From a virus (Duplodnaviria; Caudoviricetes), in the IMG/VR virus record IMGVR_UViG_3300025154_000119, positions 1-56,253 of that record: a stretch of 56,253 nt of DNA; one strand, 5' to 3'. The notes below the pieces were generated by a model that was given only the letters and a program-made list of their open reading frames with translations, had not been told where the DNA came from and did no database searches. Shown in pieces: positions 8,127 to 17,762 of the stretch. The translations under genes were made by a program, and so were the position numbers. Position 1 is the first letter of the stretch; each line of letters starts with the position of its first letter.

Positions 8127-8527
8127 TCTCAAATATCAAAAAACTGCCGGTACCATCAGAGCATTATGAGCAAGTCCAACTGTTCCGATGGCTCAAAGAT
8201 AAAATGCTTGAAGATCCGGATTATGGCCTCGCTTATGCCATCCCGAACGGCGGGAAGCGAAACAAAAAAACGGCTGTTGACATGCAAGCCGAGGGGGTAA
8301 AATCCGGGGTTCCTGATGTGTGTTTCCCGGTTCCGCGTTATCCATACCACGGACTCTACATCGAAATGAAGCGGACTCAAGGCGGGAAGATAGAGGAAAA
8401 GCAAAAATCTTGGAATGTCAGGCTGAACGAAAAAGGCTATTACGCTGTTGTTTGCAGGGGTTCTGGCGAAGCCATTGCTGTTATCGAGGCGTATTTTAAA
8501 TTGCCAAGGTGGTGGAAGGGAAATTAA
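8123..8527 (+). CDS. VRR-NUC domain nuclease (likely Holliday junction resolvase)
   Basis: SEHYEQ...AIPNGGKR...EGVKSGVPD...LYIEMK...Q. Confidence 0.9.
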   Translation: MISNIKKLPVPSEHYEQVQLFRWLKDKMLEDPDYGLAYAIPNGGKRNKKTAVDMQAEGVKSGVPDVCFPVPRYPYHGLYIEMKRTQGGKIEEKQKSWNVRLNEKGYYAVVCRGSGEAIAVIEAYFKLPRWWKGN

Positions 8528-8863
8528 ATGCACTGCCCAAACTGCGGACACAAAAAAACAGAGGCCGACGCCCACACCGAAAGGAATCGGTGCTGTAAAT
8601 CCATAATCTATCGAACCAGGACCTGCCCACTGTGCCTTGAAGTGTGGGTAACTCGTGAAGAAACCTGTTTGTGCGATATGGTTGGGGAGCAGATTTATGG
8701 CTTGCCGGTGGTCAACACGGCTTCTTACGATACTGTGGTTTTTAGGGTGAGGAAGGGGCAGAATGTTGTTATCCCAACAAAAGAGGAAATTTTGCCCTGG
8801 CAGTTGGACCGATATCGTGGAAACAAAAAGCCCCTGGGTGAGACTATACTTGGTCAAAAATAA
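8528..8863 (+). CDS. Zn-ribbon regulator (NrdR-N/Ogr-like); candidate late activator
   Basis: MHCPNCGHKKT...YRTRTCPLC...WVTRE; last early gene, 11 bp upstream of the first late palindrome. Confidence 0.6.
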   Translation: MHCPNCGHKKTEADAHTERNRCCKSIIYRTRTCPLCLEVWVTREETCLCDMVGEQIYGLPVVNTASYDTVVFRVRKGQNVVIPTKEEILPWQLDRYRGNKKPLGETILGQK

Positions 8864-8873
8864 AAAACCTCAT

Positions 8874-8928
8874 ATAGCGCTATCTGTAAAACCAAAAATT
8901 GAAGTCACAAATATTATGCGCGTATCAT
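8874..8928 (+). promoter_or_regulatory. Putative late promoter 1 (terminase block)
   Basis: ATAGCGCTAT at 8874-8883; TATCAT at 8923-8928. Confidence 0.65.
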
Positions 8929-9211
8929 CGCCATAATACCGCCGGGTCTGGCCCGGTCCCGAAAAGGCGCCCGGCAGAGTCCGATACAAAATGTCCAGGC
9001 CCTCACGGTAAACGCGCTACCTGTTCAACAGGTTTTTAATATCTCGGGGTGATCCGCCGGCCAGGGGCACCCGCAATACAATCGGGAGTTGTGGCCGGGG
9101 TTAATTGCCCCGAAAGGGGGGTGCGATATACGGCGGGGATAGAAAATTCGGACGATTCTGAGATTAACGGTTTTAACGGGTCTATTGGTTTTTAGTAATG
9201 AAGGTAAGTAA

Positions 9212-9742
9212 GTGCTTACAATAAAACAAGAAAACTTTTGCCTCGCATACTTTAAGACCGGAAACGCTTCGGAAGCGTATAGGGAGGCCTATGATGTTTC
9301 GAAGATGAAGCCGGAAACAATAAATCGGCGGGCTCACGATTTGGTCAATAACGGCAAGATCAAGGCAAGGATAGAGGATCTATATAAGCCTATCCGCGAT
9401 AAGTTGGTCGCCAGCAAGGAAAAAACGATCAAGCGCCTCATGCAGGGACAAGAATTCGACATCCGCGGCTTGTACCATGAGGACGGTAAATTAAAACAGC
9501 CCTATGAACTCGATGATGATACCGCAAAGGGTGTTGTCGGCGTCAAATACGACAAGGATACCGGTGCCCTTGTCGAATACAAGATAATCGATGTTAAGGG
9601 GTGCGCCGAGTTGATCGGGAAGCACCTCAAGCTGTGGGCGGACAAAGTTGAACTCTCCACTGATCCGACCGATCCAATCATGCAGGCAATCGCCCGTGCG
9701 GCCGGAGTATCCAAGGGCCTTCCTAAACCGGTGGTTGAATAA
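9212..9742 (+). CDS. terS: Terminase small subunit
   Basis: LTIKQENFCLAYFKTGNASEAYREAY HTH; AELIGKHLKLW. Confidence 0.92.
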   Translation: MLTIKQENFCLAYFKTGNASEAYREAYDVSKMKPETINRRAHDLVNNGKIKARIEDLYKPIRDKLVASKEKTIKRLMQGQEFDIRGLYHEDGKLKQPYELDDDTAKGVVGVKYDKDTGALVEYKIIDVKGCAELIGKHLKLWADKVELSTDPTDPIMQAIARAAGVSKGLPKPVVE

Positions 9743-11391
9743 TGGCAAACCTCCTCGATGATATCAACGCTATCCTCGGCCGCCGGCAGGCTATCAACGC
9801 ACTAATTACCGCAGGTGAAGATCCGGATCTCGCCAAGGCCATTACCGACCCAGAAAACCAGCGCTGTTATCACCACCTGGAAAAAATGGAATGGCCAGAG
9901 ATAGCCGAGGGCATCACGGATAAATGGTGGAGACTCAACAACCTCTATTACATCATCGATAAAACAGGCAAAAAGGTTTTGTTTCGTCCTAATTCTGCGC
10001 AGAAAAAATTATGGAATTCTGTATGGTATCGGACGGTTATATTGAAGGCAAGACAAAGAGGTTTTACCACATTCATCGATTTGTTTCTTCTCGATGAGGC
10101 CCTATTCACTCCCAATACGGAATGCGGTGTCATCGCCCACAACCTCGATGATGCCAAAAAGATTTTCCGGAGAAAGGTCAAATTCCCCTACGAATCCCTG
10201 CCTGAATCTATCCGCAAGAGGATACCGCTCAAAAAATCGTCCGAGTCGGAACTGATATTTGCCAACGGGTCCACCATGTCGGTGTCGGTGTCGTTCCGGT
10301 CCGCGACCGCTCAGTACCTGCACATATCCGAGTTCGGGAAGGTTTGCGCAAAGTTCCCGGAGAAGGCCCGGGAGATCGTAACCGGAGCGCTGGAAGCCGT
10401 AGCGCAGGGCCAGTTTGTTTTTATCGAGTCAACGGCAGAGGGCCGTTCCGGGTATTTTTACGACTACTGCAAAGCGGCCCAGGATTTGGAAAAAGCAGGC
10501 AAAAAACCATCCCCGCTTGATTTTAAGTTCTTTTTTTCCCCTTGGTGGGAAGATCCGGAATACACGATGGCCCCAGAGCATTACGCACCGATCAGCCAGG
10601 AGCACGCAAAATATTTCGCTGATCTGGAGGGCAAGATCGGAAGAGCTCTGACCCTCGGACAAAAGTCGTGGTGGGTGAAAAAGTTCTCGGTTCTCGGGGA
10701 GGATATGAAGCGTGAATACCCTGCAACGCCTGAAGAAGCCTTCCTGGTGAGCATCCAGGGCGCCTACTTCGCCTCTGAGTTCACGCGAGTTCGAAAAGAT
10801 CGGCGTATATGCGCGGTACCATATCAGCCGGCGGTATCTGTTGATACCTGGTGGGATCTTGGCATGAACGATATCATGGCAATTTGGTTCACTCAGGACA
10901 TTGGCCGGCAGATCCATGTCATCGATTATTTGGAGGGAAGCAACGAGGGGTTTGAATATTATTACCGACTCCTCACCGAGAAAAAATACAACTATGGCCA
11001 GCATTGGGCGCCGCACGATATCAGCGTGAAGGAGCTTGGCCCTGGGGCTATCCGGTGGGAGTCGGCTGCGAAGCTCGGGATCAGGTTTAATAGGGTGCCT
11101 AGGGTTAAAGACAAGCAGGATTCGATTCAGGCCGCTAGAAACATTTTCCCTATCTGCTGGTTCGATGAGGAGAAAACCGACCTTGGCATCCAGCGGTTGG
11201 AAAATTACCGTAAGGAGTGGGATGAGCACCTTGGAACATACCGGCGGACTCCGCTACACGATATTAATTCCAACGGGGCAGATGCCTTTCAAACGCTGGC
11301 CATGGGCCACACAAGGCATTTGCAAATGAGAACGGCGCAATCCGGTGTCGGGTCGGCGCCGGTAGAGTCAAAACCATACGCATGGACATAA
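9742..11391 (+). CDS. terL: Terminase large subunit
   Basis: ILKARQRGFTT Walker A, LHISE Walker B, IESTAEG, WDLG and ADAF nuclease motifs. Confidence 0.95.
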   Translation: MANLLDDINAILGRRQAINALITAGEDPDLAKAITDPENQRCYHHLEKMEWPEIAEGITDKWWRLNNLYYIIDKTGKKVLFRPNSAQKKLWNSVWYRTVILKARQRGFTTFIDLFLLDEALFTPNTECGVIAHNLDDAKKIFRRKVKFPYESLPESIRKRIPLKKSSESELIFANGSTMSVSVSFRSATAQYLHISEFGKVCAKFPEKAREIVTGALEAVAQGQFVFIESTAEGRSGYFYDYCKAAQDLEKAGKKPSPLDFKFFFSPWWEDPEYTMAPEHYAPISQEHAKYFADLEGKIGRALTLGQKSWWVKKFSVLGEDMKREYPATPEEAFLVSIQGAYFASEFTRVRKDRRICAVPYQPAVSVDTWWDLGMNDIMAIWFTQDIGRQIHVIDYLEGSNEGFEYYYRLLTEKKYNYGQHWAPHDISVKELGPGAIRWESAAKLGIRFNRVPRVKDKQDSIQAARNIFPICWFDEEKTDLGIQRLENYRKEWDEHLGTYRRTPLHDINSNGADAFQTLAMGHTRHLQMRTAQSGVGSAPVESKPYAWT

Positions 11392-11401
11392 GGAGGCCCG
11401 C

Positions 11402-13438
11402 ATGGAAACAGGGCTATTGCAGTGGAAAAGCAACGAAGAACTGATCGCCGACGAAGAAGAGGCCGCCAGGCGTGAACTGGAATCCATCCAGGGCAGGCCG
11501 GAAATAATCTCTCTCGCGGCCCATGTCCGTGCCAGGTGGGAAGCCGCAAGGCAGGCCAAAATGCCGCACGAACAACGAATGCTCAAAGCGCTCAGGATGC
11601 GCAATGGTGAATATGAGTCCGATCGGCTTGCCCTGATCCGGCAGTCAGGAGGGTCCGTAATTTACATGATGCTGCCGGATGAGAAATGCAACGCGGCCGA
11701 GGCGTGGATTGAAGATATTCTCGGGGATGAACCGTTTGGTACAAAGCCGACGCCCGTTCCGGATCTGTCGCCGCAACAGCGACAAGCTATTGAAAACCAA
11801 GTCCGCATGGAGGTAGCTCAAGAGCTTCAGATCTCAGGGATTATGCCGACCCAAGAGGCCGTTATGCAACGCGGCCGGGAGATTTTGGAAGAGGTCAAGG
11901 CCCATGTTGCAGAACAAGCCAAGCGTACAGAGATCCAAGTCGAGCAGAAAATCAAGGATTTGGTGGTGGAGTCCGGATGGAGCGATGCCTTAAAGTCCTC
12001 AATCACCGATATTGTCACGCACCCCGCCGGGTTTTTGAAGGGGCCAATTTTCAGGAAAAAGAAAGATCTCGCATGGGGGCCGGACGGAACGCCCGTTGTT
12101 CAGGACATAATCGCAATGGAATGGGAGAGCCCGAGCCCGCTGGATATCTACCCGGCGCCGACGTCAACAAAGATAGGGGATGGGTATCTATTCGAAAAGC
12201 ACCGGCTCACCCGGTCCGATTTGGTCGCAATGATGGGTGTTGACGGATTTGACGATACCGCTATCCGGCAGGTGCTTACCGAATACGGCAACGGTGGCCT
12301 CAACAATTGGATTTACATGGACAACGAGACCGAGCGAGCTCGGTTGGAGTCGAGAGACTACGAATCTCATGATCCGGATGGCAAAATCCACGCGTTGCAG
12401 TTTTGGGGAAATGTCCAGGGCCTCATGCTGCTCGAATACGGAATCGATCCAAGCATGGTGGAAGATCCAATTTCCGAATACAGCGCTGAAATTTGGTTAA
12501 TCGGCCGGTATGTGATTAAGGCCGAGCTGAATGGTGACCCCCTGGGGCGGCCCCCGTATTACAAGGCCCATTTCAGGGATAAAAAAGGCTCGTTTTGGGG
12601 CATGGGCCTGCCGGAGGTGATTGAGGATATCGTGGATATGTGCAACGCTTCGGCCAGGAATTTGGCAAACAACATGGCCATGGCCAGCGGACCCATGGTT
12701 GGGGTGGATGCTTCCGCGAAGATACCAGGGGTTGACTACGAGAATATGCGGCCGTGGAAAATCTGGCCGTTTGATCTCACCAACTCCCAGGGAACCAGGC
12801 CGCCTATCTGGTTTTTTCAGCCGAACGTAATGGTTAATGAGCTGATGGCGGTTTATGAGAAATTTAGCGCCGAGGCGGACAACAAATCCGGTGTTCCAAA
12901 ATACATGTACGGTGGCGAGAACCGCGGCGGCGCCGCGGACACTGCCAGTGGCATGTCAATGATGATGAGTAACGCCTCCAAGGCTATCAAAAAAATCATC
13001 CACAATATTGATGTCGGCATAATCGAGCCGTCTATCCGCCGGCTGCATCAAACCATCATGCTATACTATCCCGACCCGATCTATTTCCAGGGGGATATCA
13101 AATTTGTTGCCAAGGGATCAACCAGCATGATCGCCAAAGAGCAGATGCAGATTCGGCGCGGTGAATTCCTGAAGCTGATCATGAATCCTGTGCTTGCCCA
13201 GATTGTAGGCCAAGGGGGTATTGCTGAGGTCGCCAGGTCGATTGCCGACGGACTGGATATGGATGTTGACGATGTGGTCCCCACAAAAGAGGAGTTGGTG
13301 CAACGGCAAGCCGTTCAACAACAAATGATGCAGCAGCAGGCCCAGCAACAAGCAGCACTGCCACAATCCGGCGGAAAGCCGCAACCAACCAACCCGGCCG
13401 GTGATCGCGCCGGCGGGCAGGATTTCAGAACGTTTTAA
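11402..13438 (+). CDS. Portal protein (podovirus type)
   Basis: Follows terL; 678 aa; SPLDIYP, FWGMGLPE, ADTASGMSMMMSNA; Q-rich C-terminal barrel. Confidence 0.9.
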   Translation: METGLLQWKSNEELIADEEEAARRELESIQGRPEIISLAAHVRARWEAARQAKMPHEQRMLKALRMRNGEYESDRLALIRQSGGSVIYMMLPDEKCNAAEAWIEDILGDEPFGTKPTPVPDLSPQQRQAIENQVRMEVAQELQISGIMPTQEAVMQRGREILEEVKAHVAEQAKRTEIQVEQKIKDLVVESGWSDALKSSITDIVTHPAGFLKGPIFRKKKDLAWGPDGTPVVQDIIAMEWESPSPLDIYPAPTSTKIGDGYLFEKHRLTRSDLVAMMGVDGFDDTAIRQVLTEYGNGGLNNWIYMDNETERARLESRDYESHDPDGKIHALQFWGNVQGLMLLEYGIDPSMVEDPISEYSAEIWLIGRYVIKAELNGDPLGRPPYYKAHFRDKKGSFWGMGLPEVIEDIVDMCNASARNLANNMAMASGPMVGVDASAKIPGVDYENMRPWKIWPFDLTNSQGTRPPIWFFQPNVMVNELMAVYEKFSAEADNKSGVPKYMYGGENRGGAADTASGMSMMMSNASKAIKKIIHNIDVGIIEPSIRRLHQTIMLYYPDPIYFQGDIKFVAKGSTSMIAKEQMQIRRGEFLKLIMNPVLAQIVGQGGIAEVARSIADGLDMDVDDVVPTKEELVQRQAVQQQMMQQQAQQQAALPQSGGKPQPTNPAGDRAGGQDFRTF

Positions 13439-13446
13439 GGAGGCGC

Positions 13447-13722
13447 ATGATACGTCAACACTGTGAGGATAAAAGGGTTTTATCGGCAATTTCGTCATTG
13501 GAACACAACGAGGATTTCAAGCTGATTCGTGCATGGCTGAAATCCGAGTTGTCCGCCATGCGCGAAGAGTGCGACACCGAGCAGGGTATTCATTTGTCAT
13601 GGAACCAAGGCGCCTGCCAAGCGATATCAGCCGTCATCAGGGTCATCGAGACCGCCAGGGAAACGATACGAGCCATGGAGGCAAAAGGGCCTCCGGTGAT
13701 TGTGCATCATTCTTGGGTGTAG
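13447..13722 (+). CDS. Small head-associated protein (between portal and scaffold)
   Basis: GGAGG RBS; WL..EL......QG pattern typical of this position. Confidence 0.65.
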   Translation: MIRQHCEDKRVLSAISSLEHNEDFKLIRAWLKSELSAMREECDTEQGIHLSWNQGACQAISAVIRVIETARETIRAMEAKGPPVIVHHSWV

Positions 13723-13746
13723 TTTTCCTCTAAAAATCTATTTAAT

Positions 13747-13780
13747 AACCCGGTTTCCGATAAGGATTCCGGGTTTTTTT
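13747..13780 (+). terminator. Rho-independent terminator
   Basis: AACCCGG...CCGGGTT stem followed by T7. Confidence 0.8.
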
Positions 13781-13803
13781 ATGCCTAAATTCTATCATTT
13801 TCT

Positions 13804-13860
13804 CAGATAGCGCTATCTGCAAGCCGTTTTGTTGTTCTCTCCGCAACTCCTCTTTATCGT
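13804..13860 (+). promoter_or_regulatory. Putative late promoter 2 (scaffold/capsid block)
   Basis: CAGATAGCGCTATCTG 16-bp palindrome; TATCGT at 13855-13860, just after a terminator. Confidence 0.65.
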
Positions 13861-13931
13861 CGCATAAAGTCAACCACTTAAACGCGACACCCGAGCTTGT
13901 AAGCTCGGACCGCAAAAAGAAAAGAGGGAAA

Positions 13932-14951
13932 ATGACGGAAGAAGAAGCAAACGACCTGATCCCGGCATCAATCCGCGAACGTGCGGCCAAGGCCGATGAT
14001 ATGGTCAAAGCGCTAAACGCGAACTTCGGCAAAGAAGTTTCGGCCCAGCAGCAGGACGGCAAGGATACCGGCGAGGCATCGCAGGCCCAATCCGCCCAGC
14101 AGCAGGACACCGCAAACACCCATCCGGAGCAAACGCGGGCGGATGATGGCTGGAAGGCGAAGTATGACACCCTTCGGGGAAAATACGACGCCGAAATCCC
14201 ACGGCTGAGGGCTCAAATCACCCAATACGTCGCGGAGATAGACCAGCTGAAATCTGTTTTGCAGTCGCGCGCAGCAACCCCGGACACTGTTCGCCAACCA
14301 GGGGTGGCCACCCCTGACACTGGACGTCAACCCGGCGATGGAAATGGAAAAGACCCCACCGCATCGTTCGACCCCGATAGCCTGAAAGACTACGGGGAAG
14401 AGTTCGTCCAGCAAGGCCGGATCGTAAAAGATCTGATGGCAAAACTCGATCGTGTTATTTCTGAAAACGCGCAGCTAAAAGGGGCTGTGTCTCAGGTCGA
14501 GTCAAGCCAAAAGGCCAGCACGTATCAGCAGTTTCGCGCGCAACTCGCCGCAAGGGTTCCGGAAGTAGAGGTGTTAAACTCTGACCCCAATTTTTTGCAG
14601 TACCTGGGCCAGATACACCCCATCACCGGGCAACCCCTGATTGAGTCTCTGCGAAGTGCTGAAAAATCATTGGACGTCGAACGAGCGGTTTATTTCTTTG
14701 ATGAATATAAAAAATCGCTCGGCAGTCCAACCAAAGCGCCGCCAGTGACACCGCGAAAACCTCCGCTTTCTCCCGCACAGGGAAAGACAGCGACCGAACT
14801 CCCGCCGCAAGGCAAGTTGTGGACTCGCGCAGAAATCAAGCAGTTTTACGCCGATAAAATGCGAGGGGTCTACACCGGAAGAGATCAGGAAGCCGACAAG
14901 ATTGAGCGGGATATTTTCGCAGCGCAGGGGCAAGGAAGGATCGTCGGGTAA
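13932..14951 (+). CDS. Capsid scaffolding protein
   Basis: WKAKYDTLRGKYDAEIPRL coiled coil; C-terminal IFAAQGQGRI; precedes capsid gene. Confidence 0.85.
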   Translation: MTEEEANDLIPASIRERAAKADDMVKALNANFGKEVSAQQQDGKDTGEASQAQSAQQQDTANTHPEQTRADDGWKAKYDTLRGKYDAEIPRLRAQITQYVAEIDQLKSVLQSRAATPDTVRQPGVATPDTGRQPGDGNGKDPTASFDPDSLKDYGEEFVQQGRIVKDLMAKLDRVISENAQLKGAVSQVESSQKASTYQQFRAQLAARVPEVEVLNSDPNFLQYLGQIHPITGQPLIESLRSAEKSLDVERAVYFFDEYKKSLGSPTKAPPVTPRKPPLSPAQGKTATELPPQGKLWTRAEIKQFYADKMRGVYTGRDQEADKIERDIFAAQGQGRIVG

Positions 14952-14966
14952 TAGGAGATACCCGAA

Positions 14967-15917
14967 ATGGCTTACCCGATTGACGCCAGTTTAGGCACTT
15001 ATGCGAGTGCCGGTGGACTCAGTTCAACTTACATCCCGGAGATCTGGTCGAGTAAATTACTCGAAAAGTTCTATGCCACAACCGTCTTTGCGGCTATCGC
15101 AAACACGGATTACGAATCTGAAATCACGGCAATGGGCGATAAAGTTATCATCCGGACGGTTCCGGATGTAACGATTCGTGATTACAAGATCGGAATCAAC
15201 CTCAACTATGAGCGCCTGCGACAAGCAAACGTCGAACTGCTCATCGACAAGGGCAAGTATTACGCTTTCCCGGTGAACGATCTGGAAAAAAAGCAGTCCG
15301 ACATCAACTATGTCACCAAGTGGGCGGAAGATGCTGCGCAGCAGATGAAAATCACAATCGATTCCGAGATCTTGGGCGACATCTACGACGATGTTAACAG
15401 CGACAACACCGGAACGGCTGCCGGCAAGGAGTCGGAAGATATCAACCTGGGCACCACCGGTACAACCGGTGAAAGCGCCGTTGAGGTAACATCCTCCACG
15501 GTAATCGACAAAATCACCCTGTGCGGCCAGGTCCTGGACGAGCAAAACGTTCCGGAAACCGGGCGGTGGTTTGTTATCCCGGCGTGGATGGGCCAACGTA
15601 TTAAAACGTCGGATCTTAAAGACGCCAGCCTGACCGGTGACGGTAAATCGATTCTGCGCAACGGCCGTATCGGAATGATCGACCGGTTTGAAATTTTCGT
15701 TTCGAACTCTCTGACATCCGTCACCGAAACGTCAACGAAATGCTGGCATACGCTGTTCGGTCACAAGAGCGCGCTGACCTTCGCAAGCCAGCTCGTGAAG
15801 AACGAAACGCTCAAGAATCCGACCGATTTCGGAGATCTTGTGCGAGGGCTTCAGGTGTATGGATACAAGGTTATTCAGCCGACCGCTATCGGTACCCTGT
15901 ACGCCAAGGCTGGATAA
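14967..15917 (+). CDS. Major capsid protein (P22 coat-like)
   Basis: YIPEIWSSKLL, GDKVIIR, NGRIGMIDRF, FGDLVRGLQVYG. Confidence 0.92.
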   Translation: MAYPIDASLGTYASAGGLSSTYIPEIWSSKLLEKFYATTVFAAIANTDYESEITAMGDKVIIRTVPDVTIRDYKIGINLNYERLRQANVELLIDKGKYYAFPVNDLEKKQSDINYVTKWAEDAAQQMKITIDSEILGDIYDDVNSDNTGTAAGKESEDINLGTTGTTGESAVEVTSSTVIDKITLCGQVLDEQNVPETGRWFVIPAWMGQRIKTSDLKDASLTGDGKSILRNGRIGMIDRFEIFVSNSLTSVTETSTKCWHTLFGHKSALTFASQLVKNETLKNPTDFGDLVRGLQVYGYKVIQPTAIGTLYAKAG

Positions 15918-15935
15918 ATATCAGGATAACCGAAC

Positions 15936-15964
15936 AAAGAACCCCTGATTTTAGGGGTTCTTTT
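15936..15964 (+). terminator. Hairpin/terminator after the capsid gene
   Basis: AAAGAACCCCT-GATTTT-AGGGGTTCTTTT. Confidence 0.7.
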
Positions 15965-15983
15965 CCCAAAGGAGGGTTTTGAA

Positions 15984-16652
15984 ATGAGACACGAAAACCT
16001 GACCGTCCGGGAGTTATCCGGGTTGTCATTTTTGAATTTGTCAGGCGCTGTTATCGGCGCCGGCAGGACGGACGGAGCACTTATTAAGGCCGGATCAGCA
16101 ACGTCAAGAATCATAAAGGATGTTGCCGATACAAAGTTCATGGCGTTCTATTTTGATAATGGTGCATCGAGCGGGGATAACCGCGGGATGTATTTAAGGC
16201 AATATCTGACCGGCGGCGCCGGAGGAGAGGCCTTGCGAGTCTTCAACACGGTTGAAAACGTTACCGCTGGAACAGCCCATGGGGCACACATTAGCCTTAA
16301 CTTTGGCGCTACGGGGAAAGTATCCGGTCTCGGCGTTGCAATGCGGGCAACGCTTCACATCGCTAATCAAGCAACGCAGTCCGGCACAATGGCAGCCATC
16401 CAGGCCGAGATTTATAGCGATGGCACCACATCCGACCCCGCAAGCTCTGTTGTTTCGTGCATCAGGGTCGTTAACGATGGATCAGCAAAGGATGACGTCG
16501 ATGACGATGCCTTTTTGCTCGATCTTTCCGGTTGGACAAAAGGCGCAGGTCACATGGTGCAAACAGATACCGGCAATGTCGATACACTTCTGAAATGCCG
16601 AGATGTTGATGGTACCAACATCTATATCATGTGTACCAAAACCATTACTTAA
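15984..16652 (+). CDS. Putative head fibre/decoration protein
   Basis: GGAGG RBS; G/A/T-rich beta-type sequence directly after the capsid gene. Confidence 0.5.
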   Translation: MRHENLTVRELSGLSFLNLSGAVIGAGRTDGALIKAGSATSRIIKDVADTKFMAFYFDNGASSGDNRGMYLRQYLTGGAGGEALRVFNTVENVTAGTAHGAHISLNFGATGKVSGLGVAMRATLHIANQATQSGTMAAIQAEIYSDGTTSDPASSVVSCIRVVNDGSAKDDVDDDAFLLDLSGWTKGAGHMVQTDTGNVDTLLKCRDVDGTNIYIMCTKTIT

Positions 16653-16672
16653 TCTTCAAAAGGAAAGGACTT

Positions 16673-16993
16673 ATGCAATTACGAGTGGCTGATAGGCTGG
16701 TGCTTCTGAACTCTATTCCCGCCACCGGGGATATTACGACCTTGAAAATAGTCCGGAAGTTGAGGGAACAATTATCTTTTACGGAAAAAGAACATTCCGA
16801 GCTTAAGTTCAAAGAGGAAGCAAGCCATGTTTTTTGGAATACAGAAGCAGATACGCCAAAAGATATCAACATAGGGCCTAAAGCCGCTCAAATTGTTTCA
16901 GATGCCCTGCAACTACTCAATAAACAGAAAAAATTAACCGAGGACCATTTGCCTGTATGGGAAATGTTTTGCTCGGAAAACGAAGAGGAGTAA
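16673..16993 (+). CDS. Hypothetical protein (possible fibre chaperone)
   Basis: AGGA RBS before ATG 16673; helical. Confidence 0.6.
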   Translation: MQLRVADRLVLLNSIPATGDITTLKIVRKLREQLSFTEKEHSELKFKEEASHVFWNTEADTPKDINIGPKAAQIVSDALQLLNKQKKLTEDHLPVWEMFCSENEEE

Positions 16994-16996
16994 ACT

Positions 16997-17347
16997 ATGA
17001 AGTTTGTAACCGATGAAAGTTATGGGAAAGTGCGACGGGTATTATCCGGAACTATCGGCATTACCGAGCAGGCAAATATCATCGGCATTGTACCGCTTGG
17101 CGCCGTTATCAAAAAGGTTGTTGTAGGAATCACAACTGTTTATGACGGGTCCGCGACGATCGATATCGGAAACGCCACTACGGCTGGCGCCTACATGGCC
17201 AACACCCTGATTACCGAGGGAACGGTGGGAACCTATACGGCATACCCCAACTCGACGTTGACAGCGGACACACCGGTGCTGGCGACTGTTGCCGGAGGGA
17301 CAATTACCACCGGTGCCGCTGTGGTCGAAATCCATTACGAAATTTAA
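16997..17347 (+). CDS. Virion structural protein (capsid cement/spike-like beta sandwich)
   Basis: VPLGAVI...ITTVYDG.ATIDIG...TTGAAVVEIHY. Confidence 0.6.
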   Translation: MKFVTDESYGKVRRVLSGTIGITEQANIIGIVPLGAVIKKVVVGITTVYDGSATIDIGNATTAGAYMANTLITEGTVGTYTAYPNSTLTADTPVLATVAGGTITTGAAVVEIHYEI

Positions 17348-17368
17348 CGAGCGTGCTTTAGGCGCGTA

Positions 17369-17399
17369 GCGGCCGGAACCTGTAAAACGGTCCGGCCGC
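17369..17399 (+). other. GC-rich intergenic hairpin (processing/attenuation signal)
   Basis: GCGGCCGGA-13 nt-TCCGGCCGC; no U-tail. Confidence 0.45.
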
Positions 17400-17417
17400 A
17401 CTATGGAGGATATACCG

Positions 17418-17759
17418 ATGAGCCACACCCATGTGATCATGAGAAAAACAGGAAGAGCGTATATCAGAACCCCTATTTTGGATGCAAAGGCCGATGCTAT
17501 TCCGGCGGTCTGGGATACAGGGCTTGGGAAAGCCGTTCCTTATTTCAAAGCTGCGTCTCCCAAGATGGCAGAAGGCCAAGATGCCGATGAAAATCAACCC
17601 GGCTTAGCCAATGATCTACGCCCGGAACTTGAAAAGCTAACCAAAGCCGAAATATCCGATCTCGCCATGGCGAAGTTTGGCGCTACCATCGAGCACGGAA
17701 ACAAGGCTTCAATGATTGACGCATTCTTAAAACTGGCCGTAGAGGCACTGGAGGCATAA
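17418..17759 (+). CDS. Hypothetical protein with C-terminal Rho-N/SAP-like helix pair
   Basis: LEKLTKAEISDLAMAKFG...KASMID; GGAGG RBS before 17418. Confidence 0.55.
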   Translation: MSHTHVIMRKTGRAYIRTPILDAKADAIPAVWDTGLGKAVPYFKAASPKMAEGQDADENQPGLANDLRPELEKLTKAEISDLAMAKFGATIEHGNKASMIDAFLKLAVEALEA

Positions 17760-17762
17760 CCT

